Positions 47,436 through 55,600 of a stretch of 64,000 nt of DNA are shown here, in pieces. Each line of letters starts with the position of its first letter. Within the stretch, counting starts at the first letter, position 1. The stretch is from positions 39,519 to 103,518 of the forward strand of contig CAYMOB010000005.1 in NCBI GenBank assembly GCA_964391955.1, written 5' to 3'. The translations under genes and the position numbers were made by a program. This stretch comes from an uncultured Muribaculaceae bacterium (GTDB lineage Bacteria > Bacteroidota > Bacteroidia > Bacteroidales > UBA932). The notes beneath the pieces are model-generated. The model ran no database searches and was not told where the DNA came from. It worked only from the letters and a program-made list of their open reading frames with translations.

Positions 47436-47880
47436 AGGAAGTTTTTCCGGAGGAGGCGGATCCGCCTCCGAGTGGTTCAACGAGAGGAATTTTGAAGAAA
47501 TAGGACACATTGAGAATATCAAAATACTTAGGCAAACAAATCAATCCATCAGCAACAAAGAACCAGTTTATGCAGGTAGCAACGACAAATACATAGTTCT
47601 GGATAAAAGCGAGGATGTCCCCAAAAACATCTGCTTCTACAAAGACCATAAGCTTAAGGTTAGCATAGATTTTGATTATAAAGGGAATACAGTAAACATA
47701 CACCAGCACGCTTGGGAGTCTAAACCAGATACAAATGGAGGTAACGACATTGTTTTCAGAAAAAGGCACGACAAAGACAACGTTCTCCCAGTATCGAAGG
47801 CAAGAATAGGATTAGTAAGAAAACTGATTAAGAAATATAGACTTGATGAACGATATAGAATTACGATTGAAAGCAGCTGA
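47425..47880 (+). CDS. hypothetical protein (MGSRGS...GGGG N-terminus)
   Basis: 151 aa, overlaps the DUF4417 gene by 11 nt; AT-rich. Confidence 0.45.
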   Translation: MGSRGSFSGGGGSASEWFNERNFEEIGHIENIKILRQTNQSISNKEPVYAGSNDKYIVLDKSEDVPKNICFYKDHKLKVSIDFDYKGNTVNIHQHAWESKPDTNGGNDIVFRKRHDKDNVLPVSKARIGLVRKLIKKYRLDERYRITIESS

Positions 47881-48391
47881 GGACAACATCATCGGCCTTG
47901 TTTATTTCAGAGAAAAATATACCTATGGGAGATTAATCCCAGTCGAAGGCTATCCATTCCCTCAGTGCAGCGAACGGGAGAAGCTTCCATTGAACCCACC
48001 AAAGGACATCCTGATCACAAGGGATATGCTTGGATGGGATAAAGGCAGCGTTCTCGATGCGAAACTCGAAGGTTGGGGCGACGATGTCCTCGGATACTAT
48101 ATGAATATGCCCATTGACATCAAGTTCCTCTTCGACAGAAGGATGTTCTATATAGAAGGGGCGTGCCACGTCCATAGAGAAGGACGTGGTGGGCTGTATG
48201 TCCTCTCCGAGGAGACTGTTCTCAATGCGGATTGGAACGGTGAATGGTACAAACGGTGGGACGGGCTGTGGGATACATTCAAGGAATGGTATATGAACGA
48301 AAACGCCGAGACATTCGCCAAAGAGGCAACGATTGATGGCATCCCAATCAGACAAGTCCTTGAGCATTCGCTCATCATATCACTAATGTAA
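47846..48391 (+). CDS. hypothetical protein
   Basis: 181 aa from ATG 47846, overlaps the upstream ORF by 35 nt; Trp-rich C-terminal half; AT-rich. Confidence 0.45.
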   Translation: MNDIELRLKAAEDNIIGLVYFREKYTYGRLIPVEGYPFPQCSEREKLPLNPPKDILITRDMLGWDKGSVLDAKLEGWGDDVLGYYMNMPIDIKFLFDRRMFYIEGACHVHREGRGGLYVLSEETVLNADWNGEWYKRWDGLWDTFKEWYMNENAETFAKEATIDGIPIRQVLEHSLIISLM

Positions 48392-48410
48392 GAATACATA
48401 AAGTCAATGT

Positions 48411-48446
48411 AAGGGCGGATGAAGAGTCAACTCTTCATCCGCCCTT
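48411..48446. terminator. 16-bp perfect-stem hairpin
   Basis: AAGGGCGGATGAAGAG-TCAA-CTCTTCATCCGCCCTT. Confidence 0.6.
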
Positions 48447-48500
48447 ACGATTTTCATCGGACAAAAGTGCGTGAAATGGCGACTTTGTAACAACCTGTCA

Positions 48501-48539
48501 AAAAGTGTAAGCAATATAGCGGCATTTGCTTACACTTTT
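48501..48539. repeat. 14-bp-arm inverted repeat
   Basis: AAAAGTGTAAGCAA-N11-TTGCTTACACTTTT. Confidence 0.5.
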
Positions 48540-48581
48540 CAAATTTTAGCCAAAACGGCGGGAAATCAGGAAAAACAGAGT

Positions 48582-48606
48582 GCTTGTGCCAAATTTTGGC
48601 ACAAGC
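48582..48606. promoter_or_regulatory. 25-bp perfect palindrome (operator-like)
   Basis: GCTTGTGCCAAA-T-TTTGGCACAAGC; partial third half-site CAAATTTTGGCG at 48611-48622. Confidence 0.4.
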
Positions 48607-48728
48607 GAAGCAAATTTTGGCGTTACAATATTATAGAACAAATAAATAAGCAGTGTTACCTATTGTAATTCTTCAACAATTTACGTAAATTTGAGAAAAT
48701 GATTTTTGCTGAGGAAACGAAAAAAACC

Positions 48729-48949
48729 AACTACACTAACTACACTTAAAGGAAATGATTGAATATTAATGAAATAAGGTGTAGTTGGAGTGTAGTTCTC
48801 GAACTACACTCCAACTACACTTAACTACACTGCCTCCTCCAAAAACTACACTAACTACACTTTTTCAGGGGTGAACTACACCTCTAAAAATACTAACTAA
48901 TTGATAATCAAACATAGTCCCAAGTGTAGTTAGTGTAGTTGGTGTAGTT
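48729..48949. repeat. iteron array: 13 copies of octamer AACTACAC (8 direct, 5 inverted)
   Basis: Direct copies start at 48729, 48738, 48802, 48813, 48823, 48844, 48853 and 48874. Inverted copies (GTGTAGTT) start at 48779, 48790, 48924, 48933 and 48942. Confidence 0.85.
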
Positions 48950-48986
48950 GGCAAAAATGTGTGAAATATATTTGATGAATTGAAAA

Positions 48987-49523
48987 ATGCTCGATGTCAA
49001 ATTGAAAGTGGATTCGCCGATGATGGCCGACTACCTCGCCTACCTGTTTCCGCCTGAATCCGAAGGCAGTCCCCTGAAGGTCTATGCCCGGAACAGCGTC
49101 GGAAGGCTTCTCGTGGCTCACTGCAAGGTCTCGGAACTCCCCGTTGACCAGCCCGGTGACGGCTACGTCAGCCTCTCGCTGCCTAACGACGAGGCGACCA
49201 AGCCGATGATCGACCGATTCCTCTATTACGACCGGCACGACACGGCGGCGCTGAATATGGCCATAGCAGCCTGGTTCGACCTTGAGTTCAGGCAATATTA
49301 CCTCGCCGGCTTGGAGATAGGCATCCGGAAAAAGGACATAGTGACGGCGTTCATCGTGACCAGAGGACTGTTCTCCACGGACGGCTTCGACGCTCTGCAC
49401 AAAAGGATCTACAGGCGGGAGCAGCGGAACCTCGGCAAGATGGTGAAGAGCCTCGTCAACAAGGCGGACTACATTGACAGAAACATCAACATAAAAGGAT
49501 TGAAAGATGATCAGAATTATTGA
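48987..49523 (+). CDS. hypothetical phage protein
   Basis: 178 aa, first ORF after the iteron array; no motif recognised. Confidence 0.5.
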   Translation: MLDVKLKVDSPMMADYLAYLFPPESEGSPLKVYARNSVGRLLVAHCKVSELPVDQPGDGYVSLSLPNDEATKPMIDRFLYYDRHDTAALNMAIAAWFDLEFRQYYLAGLEIGIRKKDIVTAFIVTRGLFSTDGFDALHKRIYRREQRNLGKMVKSLVNKADYIDRNINIKGLKDDQNY

Positions 49524-49827
49524 TTCCCTGCTGGCTCAGAGCCTTGACCGGCAGGACGGGGTGTGGCGCGCCCTGCCGATAGTCCCGGCCACGGCCACGA
49601 TCGAGAGAACGGATAAGCAGGAGGACGCCGGAAGGCTGGCCACGGTCAAGATCAACGCCACGCTTTCGGAAGCCACGGATGTGATGAGGGATCACCTTGT
49701 CGTGAAGGTGGGCTACTGCCACGGCGATGACGAAACCTACGGCTCGGAGGATCTTCCTTTGACCTTCGAGGTCAGCGAGACAAACACGGTGAAGATCTCC
49801 TGCTCCTATCAGTATCCTATATTATAG
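49507..49827 (+). CDS. hypothetical phage protein
   Basis: 106 aa, overlaps the upstream ORF by 17 nt. Confidence 0.45.
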   Translation: MIRIIDSLLAQSLDRQDGVWRALPIVPATATIERTDKQEDAGRLATVKINATLSEATDVMRDHLVVKVGYCHGDDETYGSEDLPLTFEVSETNTVKISCSYQYPIL

Positions 49828-49882
49828 TGTCCTTTTGCGCCGTCCGGCATCCTTATATCTTTGTGTCAGACAATTCGAAAGT

Positions 49883-50716
49883 ATGAAAGCAGACACATTC
49901 CAGCTGGCAAGGGACATCGTCCAGGGAAAGTGGCTCGTCTCCAACCCGGAGCGGCTGCTTCCCATCGCCCGCGCCTTCCTCAGCAAGACACCGATTGAGA
50001 TGGAGGTGAAGGCCGCAATGGTCTCCACGGTTACGGACTCCGGACGAGATGAGGCTGAGTCCAAGAGGGTGGCGATAGTTCCGCTTCACGGCACGATGAC
50101 CAAGTATAACACGTGCGAGAGCTACGGGACATCGCACGTCGCCGGAAAGATCCGGGAGATGGCGGATGACGGCGACGTCATCGGAATCGTCCTTGACATT
50201 GACTCTCCTGGCGGGAGCAGCTCGGCGATCCCGCCGATGGTCGAGGCGATAGCCTACGCAAGATCTCTCGGGAAGCCTGTCTATGTCCACGCCGACCTCT
50301 GCGCCTCGGCCGCCTACTGGGTGGCCTCGCAGTGTGACGCGATCTATCTTGACAACGACCTTTCCGAGGTCGGTTCCATCGGCGCTATGGCGGTGTTCGT
50401 CGATGACACGGCTCAGAGCCCCTTGACAGGCGAGAGGACACTCGTGATTTACTCTGACGAGTCCCCCGACAAGAACAGGTCGTACAGGGACGCTCTTGAG
50501 GGGAATTTCGATGCGGTCAAAGCTGAGCTCCGCTCGTTGGTGGAGAAGTTCCGCACCGCCGTCACGAGCGGAAGACCTAACATCAAGTCGGAAGCCGAGG
50601 GCGTGCTGACAGGACGGATGTTCGGGACATCCGAGGCGATCAGCCTCGGAATGGCCGACGCCAGGAAGAATCTCGCGGAGACCATCGATGCGGTCTTCGC
50701 TCTCGCAAGCGTATAA
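49883..50716 (+). CDS. S49 family (SppA/ClpP-fold) serine peptidase, prohead-protease-like
   Basis: VAIVPLHGTM..., IVLDIDSPGGSSSAI, ASAAYWVASQCD pattern of the S49 family; ATG 49883. Confidence 0.8.
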   Translation: MKADTFQLARDIVQGKWLVSNPERLLPIARAFLSKTPIEMEVKAAMVSTVTDSGRDEAESKRVAIVPLHGTMTKYNTCESYGTSHVAGKIREMADDGDVIGIVLDIDSPGGSSSAIPPMVEAIAYARSLGKPVYVHADLCASAAYWVASQCDAIYLDNDLSEVGSIGAMAVFVDDTAQSPLTGERTLVIYSDESPDKNRSYRDALEGNFDAVKAELRSLVEKFRTAVTSGRPNIKSEAEGVLTGRMFGTSEAISLGMADARKNLAETIDAVFALASV

Positions 50717-50844
50717 CCAACCTTTTTTCATAATGGATAAGAAAACCTTGAACAACTCAAAGATGGGCCGTCTCGTGGCCCGTCTCTTCGGGAAGAGCGA
50801 GCTTGACGTCAAGGACGGCAAGGGTCAAGAACCAATAAATCTGA

Positions 50845-51768
50845 ATGAATATGATGGATCTGTTCAATAAGAACCGGGACGGTGCGAAGGAGCTTGAGGA
50901 ACTGACCGGACAATGGTATGCGTCATCGCCTTACAGGCTGATTGAGACCGAAATCGGCTTCGCTACATCCGAGGTGGCTCGGTTGGTGGGTTCTGAGGTG
51001 GTCAAGGAGGCCGCCGATGCTTACTCCGTGGGCGAGAAGCCGGAATTAGTGGCCGCCGTGAGGCTTCCGGTGGCAAGTATGGCATTGATGAGATATGCCG
51101 CCCTGACTTCGTTGTCGCACGAATCCACGGGACGGAAGGTCAAGATCGACGACAATGAGCGTAGTCCCTACGAGTGGCAGATCGACAGGGATGACAGGGC
51201 GATGAGGGAGAGGTATTACCGCGCCTTGGATGCGCTCTACACCTATTTGGAGAGTTCCGGGAACGAGAACTGGGCGAAATCGGCCAAGAGGACTATGACC
51301 GGAGAGTCCATCGTCAGGAATATTCAGGAGTTCGAGGCTGTCTATCCGATAGACGGCAGCTACTACGTCTATTATCTGCTTCAGGCTCTCGTGATCGAGC
51401 GCCAGAGGGCGGTCATAGAGCCGTTTGTCGGCGAGAAATGGGCTTCCATTGCTGACGGATCGGCGAACGACAGGGTTCTTGCCCTGGCCAGACGGGCCGC
51501 GATTCTCAGCGCCGTGATCGTCGCCGGGACGAGGTGGAGCCTTGAGGTGTTCCCCTCCGAGATCGCAAGGCGTTTCTCTCCCACCTATCAGGGCAACAGG
51601 TCGAACCGCGCCGCAGCGATGGACGAGATAGACTGGTACATCGGCAAGCTGAAGACCGAGGTCAGGGACGCCCTGACCGATCTGGCCGAACTTGTCAACG
51701 ATGACAAGACCGCACCCGTCCTGATTCCCCGGAACCGCCGGGAGAACAAGTTCTTCACCACCGAATAA
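50845..51768 (+). CDS. hypothetical phage protein (helical)
   Basis: 307 aa after the protease. It does not look like an HK97-type capsid to me; function unknown. Confidence 0.5.
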   Translation: MNMMDLFNKNRDGAKELEELTGQWYASSPYRLIETEIGFATSEVARLVGSEVVKEAADAYSVGEKPELVAAVRLPVASMALMRYAALTSLSHESTGRKVKIDDNERSPYEWQIDRDDRAMRERYYRALDALYTYLESSGNENWAKSAKRTMTGESIVRNIQEFEAVYPIDGSYYVYYLLQALVIERQRAVIEPFVGEKWASIADGSANDRVLALARRAAILSAVIVAGTRWSLEVFPSEIARRFSPTYQGNRSNRAAAMDEIDWYIGKLKTEVRDALTDLAELVNDDKTAPVLIPRNRRENKFFTTE

Positions 51769-51796
51769 AAAAGCCCCCGGATCTCTCCGAGGGCTG
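51768..51796 (-). terminator. terminator hairpin, copy 1 of a 29-bp perfect direct repeat
   Basis: AAAAAGCCCCCGGATCTCTCCGAGGGCTG. On the minus strand the hairpin is followed by a T run; it lies downstream of hicB-2. Confidence 0.6.
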
Positions 51797-51824
51797 AACA
51801 CCAAAGAGTGAAGCTACCAAACAA

Positions 51825-52232
51825 TCACGCGAATATGGTGTCTAAGTCTTTAGCTATGTTAAGAAGTCCGCTGCGGATGCGTTCTTCCTGAGCCTTCCTC
51901 GGCTTCGTGCCGTGGGCATACGCCCAAAGCTGCTTCTGGGAGATGCCGGTGATTTTTTCCAAGGTGGCAAGCGAGAACCAACCTTTGCCAAGATAGTACT
52001 CCATAAGGCTCAACGCATCGATGGTGTAGGTGATTTCGAAATCGCCGTCCAGAAACTCAGGGTATTTGAAACCCTCCTCCTTGGCTGTGGCCTTGTAGAT
52101 CTCCATCTGCTGAAGCATATCAGCCTTGGCGGCCTCGATGGTGTCGCCCATCCCTGAAAAGATCTCGTTCTTGCAATAGGCGGAATATGTTCCGTCCAAA
52201 GCTCTTTCGATTATCGCTGCAATCTGTTTCAT
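51825..52232 (-). CDS. hicB: HicB-family antitoxin with HTH (copy 2)
   Basis: IIERALDGTYSAYCKNE...GDTIEAAKADM; LEKITGISQKQLWAYAHG HTH. Confidence 0.75.
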   Translation of the reverse strand: MKQIAAIIERALDGTYSAYCKNEIFSGMGDTIEAAKADMLQQMEIYKATAKEEGFKYPEFLDGDFEITYTIDALSLMEYYLGKGWFSLATLEKITGISQKQLWAYAHGTKPRKAQEERIRSGLLNIAKDLDTIFA

Positions 52233-52261
52233 AATTTATCTCCGTTTTGGAGGGATGGGGC

Positions 52262-52441
52262 TTATTCAAGCCCCATCTCCTTGATGATTTTCTTAACAAG
52301 CCCCGTTCCCATTTCTTTGGATCCGTGGTATGGAACGGGATAGGTTCTGGATCCTTTCTTGTAGATTACGTGGCTGCCCGCTTTCCTTAAATACGTCCAG
52401 CCGTTCCGTTCTACCAATCTGTGAAATTCATCTGACTTCAT
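52262..52441 (-). CDS. hicA: HicA-family toxin (copy 2)
   Basis: 59 aa from ATG 52441: MKSDEFHRLVERNGWTYLRKAGSHVIYKK...GTGLVKKIIKEMGLE. Confidence 0.75.
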   Translation of the reverse strand: MKSDEFHRLVERNGWTYLRKAGSHVIYKKGSRTYPVPYHGSKEMGTGLVKKIIKEMGLE

Positions 52442-52462
52442 ACTGCGTATTGTTTGGCACTG

Positions 52463-52470
52463 CAAAGGTA
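52463..52470 (-). promoter_or_regulatory. -7 box TACCTTTG for hicA-2
   Basis: Reverse complement of CAAAGGTA, 21 nt upstream of ATG 52441; adjacent 10-bp inverted repeat ATTTCTATTA/TAATAGAAAT. Confidence 0.4.
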
Positions 52471-52612
52471 GTAATATTTCTATTATTTACAAAATATTTT
52501 AATAGAAATTTTTCCATTATTATAAAAAAAATGGAAAGTCAAATGTGGAAAGTTCGCTCCGCCAAATATGGGAAGCTTGCGCCGTCAAGATGTCTGCCGA
52601 AACGGGGTATGC

Positions 52613-52641
52613 AAAAAGCCCCCGGATCTCTCCGAGGGCTG
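52613..52641 (-). terminator. terminator hairpin, copy 2 of the 29-bp direct repeat
   Basis: Identical to 51768-51796; downstream of minus-strand ORF 52696..52920. Confidence 0.6.
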
Positions 52642-52695
52642 CGGCCGCGTCTCCGGACGGCCATTTTGTTATCAAATCAAGGTTAGGAGACTTTG

Positions 52696-52920
52696 TCAAA
52701 GTGTGTCGGCCGCCTTTCTGATGCGGTCTGCCAAGTCGTGGAGCGCTCCCTTGAACTGTTCAAGTTCTTCGGGGCTGAAATCTGTTTCCTTTCCGTTTCC
52801 GTCACGCCTGTCAAGCTTATGGTAAAGCCATCCGGAGGATTTCCCGAAATACCTGTTCGACAATTTGGCGATGTTGATGTCCAGAATGATGTCTTGGATC
52901 TTTTCTTTTACTGTTGCCAT
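52696..52920 (-). CDS. DUF5053-like small protein
   Basis: 74 aa; IAKLSNRYFGKSSGWLYHKL...FSPEELEQFKGALHDLADRI resembles the DUF5053 C-terminal region (from memory). Confidence 0.5.
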   Translation of the reverse strand: MATVKEKIQDIILDINIAKLSNRYFGKSSGWLYHKLDRRDGNGKETDFSPEELEQFKGALHDLADRIRKAADTL

Positions 52921-52960
52921 ACCTGTTTGATTTTAAGGGAGGCTCTTTCGAGCCCCCTCG

Positions 52961-53098
52961 TTAGATTCCCATCAGTTCGTGAAGTAGTTGGTAAATGTAC
53001 CACTCGAATTCATCGGGATTTTCCATCCAGCCTCTTGAGGCTTTGAAGTTCCTGACTGCTTCAATCAGTTCCTTCTCTTTTTCTGTCAATTTGATCAT
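52961..53098 (-). CDS. possible 45-aa ORF (not in track)
   Basis: Hand translation MIKLTEKEKELIEAVRNFKASRGWMENPDEFEWYIYQLLHELMGI, upstream of the DUF5053-like gene. Confidence 0.25.
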   Translation of the reverse strand: MIKLTEKEKELIEAVRNFKASRGWMENPDEFEWYIYQLLHELMGI

Positions 53099-53236
53099 AA
53101 AACCTTGATTTCTGATAACAATACAAAGATAATACGAAATTTCGTACTACGCAAATTTTCGGGCATATATTTTCAAAAAAAAGTAAAGTCCTTTCCTTCG
53201 CTGAACCGCTTATCTATCTTTGGGAAAACTAATGGG

Positions 53237-54124
53237 ATGAACACGATAGAGGTTTTCGAAAGCGGGAAGATTGTGCGGATGCCAGGGTCGTGGAGCGAGA
53301 TGACTCCGCGGCAGGTTCAGGGGGTCTTCAGGCTCTTTGAGCGGGGGCTTCGGTGCGGATGGTCACCGCTGGAGTTCAACGTCAGGGCGATGTGGATGCT
53401 GCTCGGGGTCAGACGAACTCTCAGGGGGCGGATCTCCGACATATTCGATGGCAAAAGAGCCACTTTCAGAGACGAGAACATCTACCGGATGTGTGAGCGA
53501 TGTCTGGGTTTTCTGTTCTCGGAGGAGACGGCGGCGCTGACGTTCGACTCCGTGGCCAACCCGATGCCAATGGTGCGGTCCGGGCTTGTCTGGCTGCACG
53601 GTCCGGGAGAACTGCTCCAGGATCTGACGTTCGGGGAGTTCAGGCACGCCTCTGCGGCTGTGAACAGGTTCTTCCGAAGCAGTGATGTCAGTGATCTGGA
53701 CGAGTGCGTGGCGTTCCTGTACAGACGGCGGTCGGTGAAGGCCAACCGGGCTGGCCGGTGCGTTCCGGACGTTGACCAACGGAACGCGAGGAGACATATT
53801 CATAGGGCTTCGAGGTTGAAAGGATGGCAGAAGAACCTCGTTATGATGTGGTTCTCCGCTTGCCTGAAGTACCTTCAAAGCGGTGTGCTGGAGATTGACG
53901 GGGAGGAGATTGATCTGTCGAGGCTGTTCGCCGGTGACGGAAAGAGTTCCGGGATGGCTTTCGGGTGGAATGACCTGCTGGTCGAGGTCGCCAAGGAAAA
54001 CACGCTGGGGAACATCGACCGGGTTGATGAGGAGCCGCTGTTCTCGGTGTTGTCGATAATGTGGCATAATTACAAGGAGAGAAAGAGAAATGAGCAGATT
54101 GTCAAAGCTTCAAAGACTCACTAA
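53237..54124 (+). CDS. hypothetical phage protein
   Basis: 295 aa from ATG 53237; the longer track start lies in an AT-rich promoter-like region. Confidence 0.5.
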   Translation: MNTIEVFESGKIVRMPGSWSEMTPRQVQGVFRLFERGLRCGWSPLEFNVRAMWMLLGVRRTLRGRISDIFDGKRATFRDENIYRMCERCLGFLFSEETAALTFDSVANPMPMVRSGLVWLHGPGELLQDLTFGEFRHASAAVNRFFRSSDVSDLDECVAFLYRRRSVKANRAGRCVPDVDQRNARRHIHRASRLKGWQKNLVMMWFSACLKYLQSGVLEIDGEEIDLSRLFAGDGKSSGMAFGWNDLLVEVAKENTLGNIDRVDEEPLFSVLSIMWHNYKERKRNEQIVKASKTH

Positions 54125-54551
54125 GTATCTGGCCGGACTGAAGGTCGGAACCTGCGGGTGCGCCGGGTCGCCCCGCATCGGGTCGATTTCAACGACCGCC
54201 CAGTCTGACGCCACTTCACAACTGGCGCATCTTTCGGGCATTCAGATCCTGATCGCACGTCCGGAGGCACATCAGAGAGGCGGAACGGACTCGTTCCGGG
54301 AAGAATTGGGGACGGTGATATTCGTCCTTGAGAAGGGTTTGGGGCCGGACAAGACCAAGGAGTCTGAAAACGAGATGTATTCACGGCTTTTAGAGGTCGC
54401 CGAGGCGGTCGTGGCCACCATAGCAGATGAGACTTCAAGTCAGTATTGCCGCCTGGTGACGGGGCTGTCGATCGCGTCCGTCGATGTGGTGCCGGAGGCC
54501 TCTTTGTTCGGCGGCTGGAGCGGCTACAGCATCGAGCTTTCGTTCGAGTAG
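54090..54551 (+). CDS. hypothetical phage protein
   Basis: 153 aa, overlaps the upstream ORF by 35 nt. Confidence 0.45.
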   Translation: MSRLSKLQRLTKYLAGLKVGTCGCAGSPRIGSISTTAQSDATSQLAHLSGIQILIARPEAHQRGGTDSFREELGTVIFVLEKGLGPDKTKESENEMYSRLLEVAEAVVATIADETSSQYCRLVTGLSIASVDVVPEASLFGGWSGYSIELSFE

Positions 54552-54553
54552 GG

Positions 54554-54922
54554 ATGGATGTCAGGGCAAGGTTTGTCTCCGAAATCCTCAAGGACGAGGG
54601 TCAGAGGCTGCTGAGGAATCAGGGGAAGGCGATCGAGGCGAGGGTCAAGAGCCGCTCAAGGCGGCTGGAGTCGTCCCGTAGTGTGTCGGTGGCAGGCGGG
54701 AACGGTGCTTCCGGCACGCTGACGTTCGTCCACGTCGCCTACGAGCGTTTTTTGGATATGAAACGGCTTCAGCGTGGCGGAAAGTCCGTCAAGTCCAACC
54801 GCAGGATCCACAACCGCTACGTCTTCGGGGCCTACGCCTCCATAGCGGAGCGCCTGATGTACGAGTTCACCGAGGATTTCGTCGCCTCGGTGCGTCAGAC
54901 CGAAGACGTGGCAAACAAGTGA
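54554..54922 (+). CDS. hypothetical phage protein
   Basis: 122 aa from ATG 54554, 2 nt after the upstream stop. Confidence 0.4.
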   Translation: MDVRARFVSEILKDEGQRLLRNQGKAIEARVKSRSRRLESSRSVSVAGGNGASGTLTFVHVAYERFLDMKRLQRGGKSVKSNRRIHNRYVFGAYASIAERLMYEFTEDFVASVRQTEDVANK

Positions 54923-54983
54923 AAAGCAACGGGAAAACAGCGTAAATCCTTGATTTTTCGGTTCAATATTTGTTACTTTGCAA

Positions 54984-55007
54984 AACACGTTGAAAATTCA
55001 ATGTGTT
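54984..55007. promoter_or_regulatory. inverted repeat upstream of the DUF4065 gene
   Basis: AACACGTTGAA-AA-TTCAATGTGTT (11-bp arms, 1 mismatch). Confidence 0.3.
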
Positions 55008-55030
55008 TACGTTGTAAAAAGGGATAATCT

Positions 55031-55600
55031 ATGAGGCTGGAACAGGATGACATATTGGTGATCAAGGCGGTTCTCTTGTACATTCTTACGCATAGCGATG
55101 ACGAGAACAGGGATGTCTATAGCATCGTCAAGGCCGCGTACTATGCGCAGCAGAGCCACCTTGCTAAATATGGGGCTCCCCTATTCAAGGATCGCATCTG
55201 CGCTTTGCCATTCGGTCCGGTTCCCTCCAACATCTACAATATTCTTAAGATGTCGAGAGGTGACTTCGGTGCGGCGGGTCACTACGATCCTGACAATATG
55301 CGTCAGGCTTCGGAATCCATTGCCTTTGACAACGAGATGTTCTCCGCCAAGGAAGAGCCAGATATGGATTTCCTTTCCCAATCTGATGTCGAATGTCTTG
55401 ATGGTGGCATAGAGAAAGTGGCCGGGATGTCATTCGATCAAATAAAACACGACACGCACGGCAAAGAATGGAGGCGAGCCTGTAAAGTCCCACGCAAGGA
55501 GATGAACGTTCTTAATATCGCAAAGGAAGGCAACGCTTCCGAAGGAGCTTTGCAGTACCTTAAAGACTATCTTGAAACCGATCGGTTCTCCAGGCAATGA
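55031..55600 (+). CDS. DUF4065 (Panacea/SocA-like) antitoxin candidate
   Basis: 189 aa; IKAVLLYIL..., VKAAYYAQQSHLAKYGAPLFKDRICALPFGPVPSNIY matches the DUF4065 core pattern. Confidence 0.7.
   Translation: MRLEQDDILVIKAVLLYILTHSDDENRDVYSIVKAAYYAQQSHLAKYGAPLFKDRICALPFGPVPSNIYNILKMSRGDFGAAGHYDPDNMRQASESIAFDNEMFSAKEEPDMDFLSQSDVECLDGGIEKVAGMSFDQIKHDTHGKEWRRACKVPRKEMNVLNIAKEGNASEGALQYLKDYLETDRFSRQ

Noticed and set aside
48471-48668. 65-aa ORF in the non-coding hub
   Set aside because: It has a GTG start, and the frame runs straight through the 14-bp inverted repeat and the 25-bp palindrome. The region is better explained as regulatory DNA.
48729-48949. Repeat array considered as a CRISPR
   Set aside because: The repeat unit is only 8 bp, spacings are 9-21 bp, copies occur in both orientations, and there are no cas genes. 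This is iteron-like, not CRISPR.
49853-50821. 322-aa minus-strand ORF
   Set aside because: It is antisense to the S49 peptidase gene, which has recognisable family motifs. The product is Arg/Gly/His-rich.
50733-50870. 45-aa ORF (MDKKTLNNSKMGRLVARLFGKSELDVKDGKGQEPINLNEYDGSVQ) between the S49 gene and ORF 50845
   Set aside because: It is short, overlaps the next ORF by 26 nt and has no recognisable feature. It could be real (scaffold or decoration-like), but I cannot support it from sequence alone.
53363-54067. 234-aa minus-strand ORF
   Set aside because: It is antisense to ORF 53237..54124, which fits the plus-strand gene series with coupled stops and starts. Its composition is Pro/Arg/His-rich.
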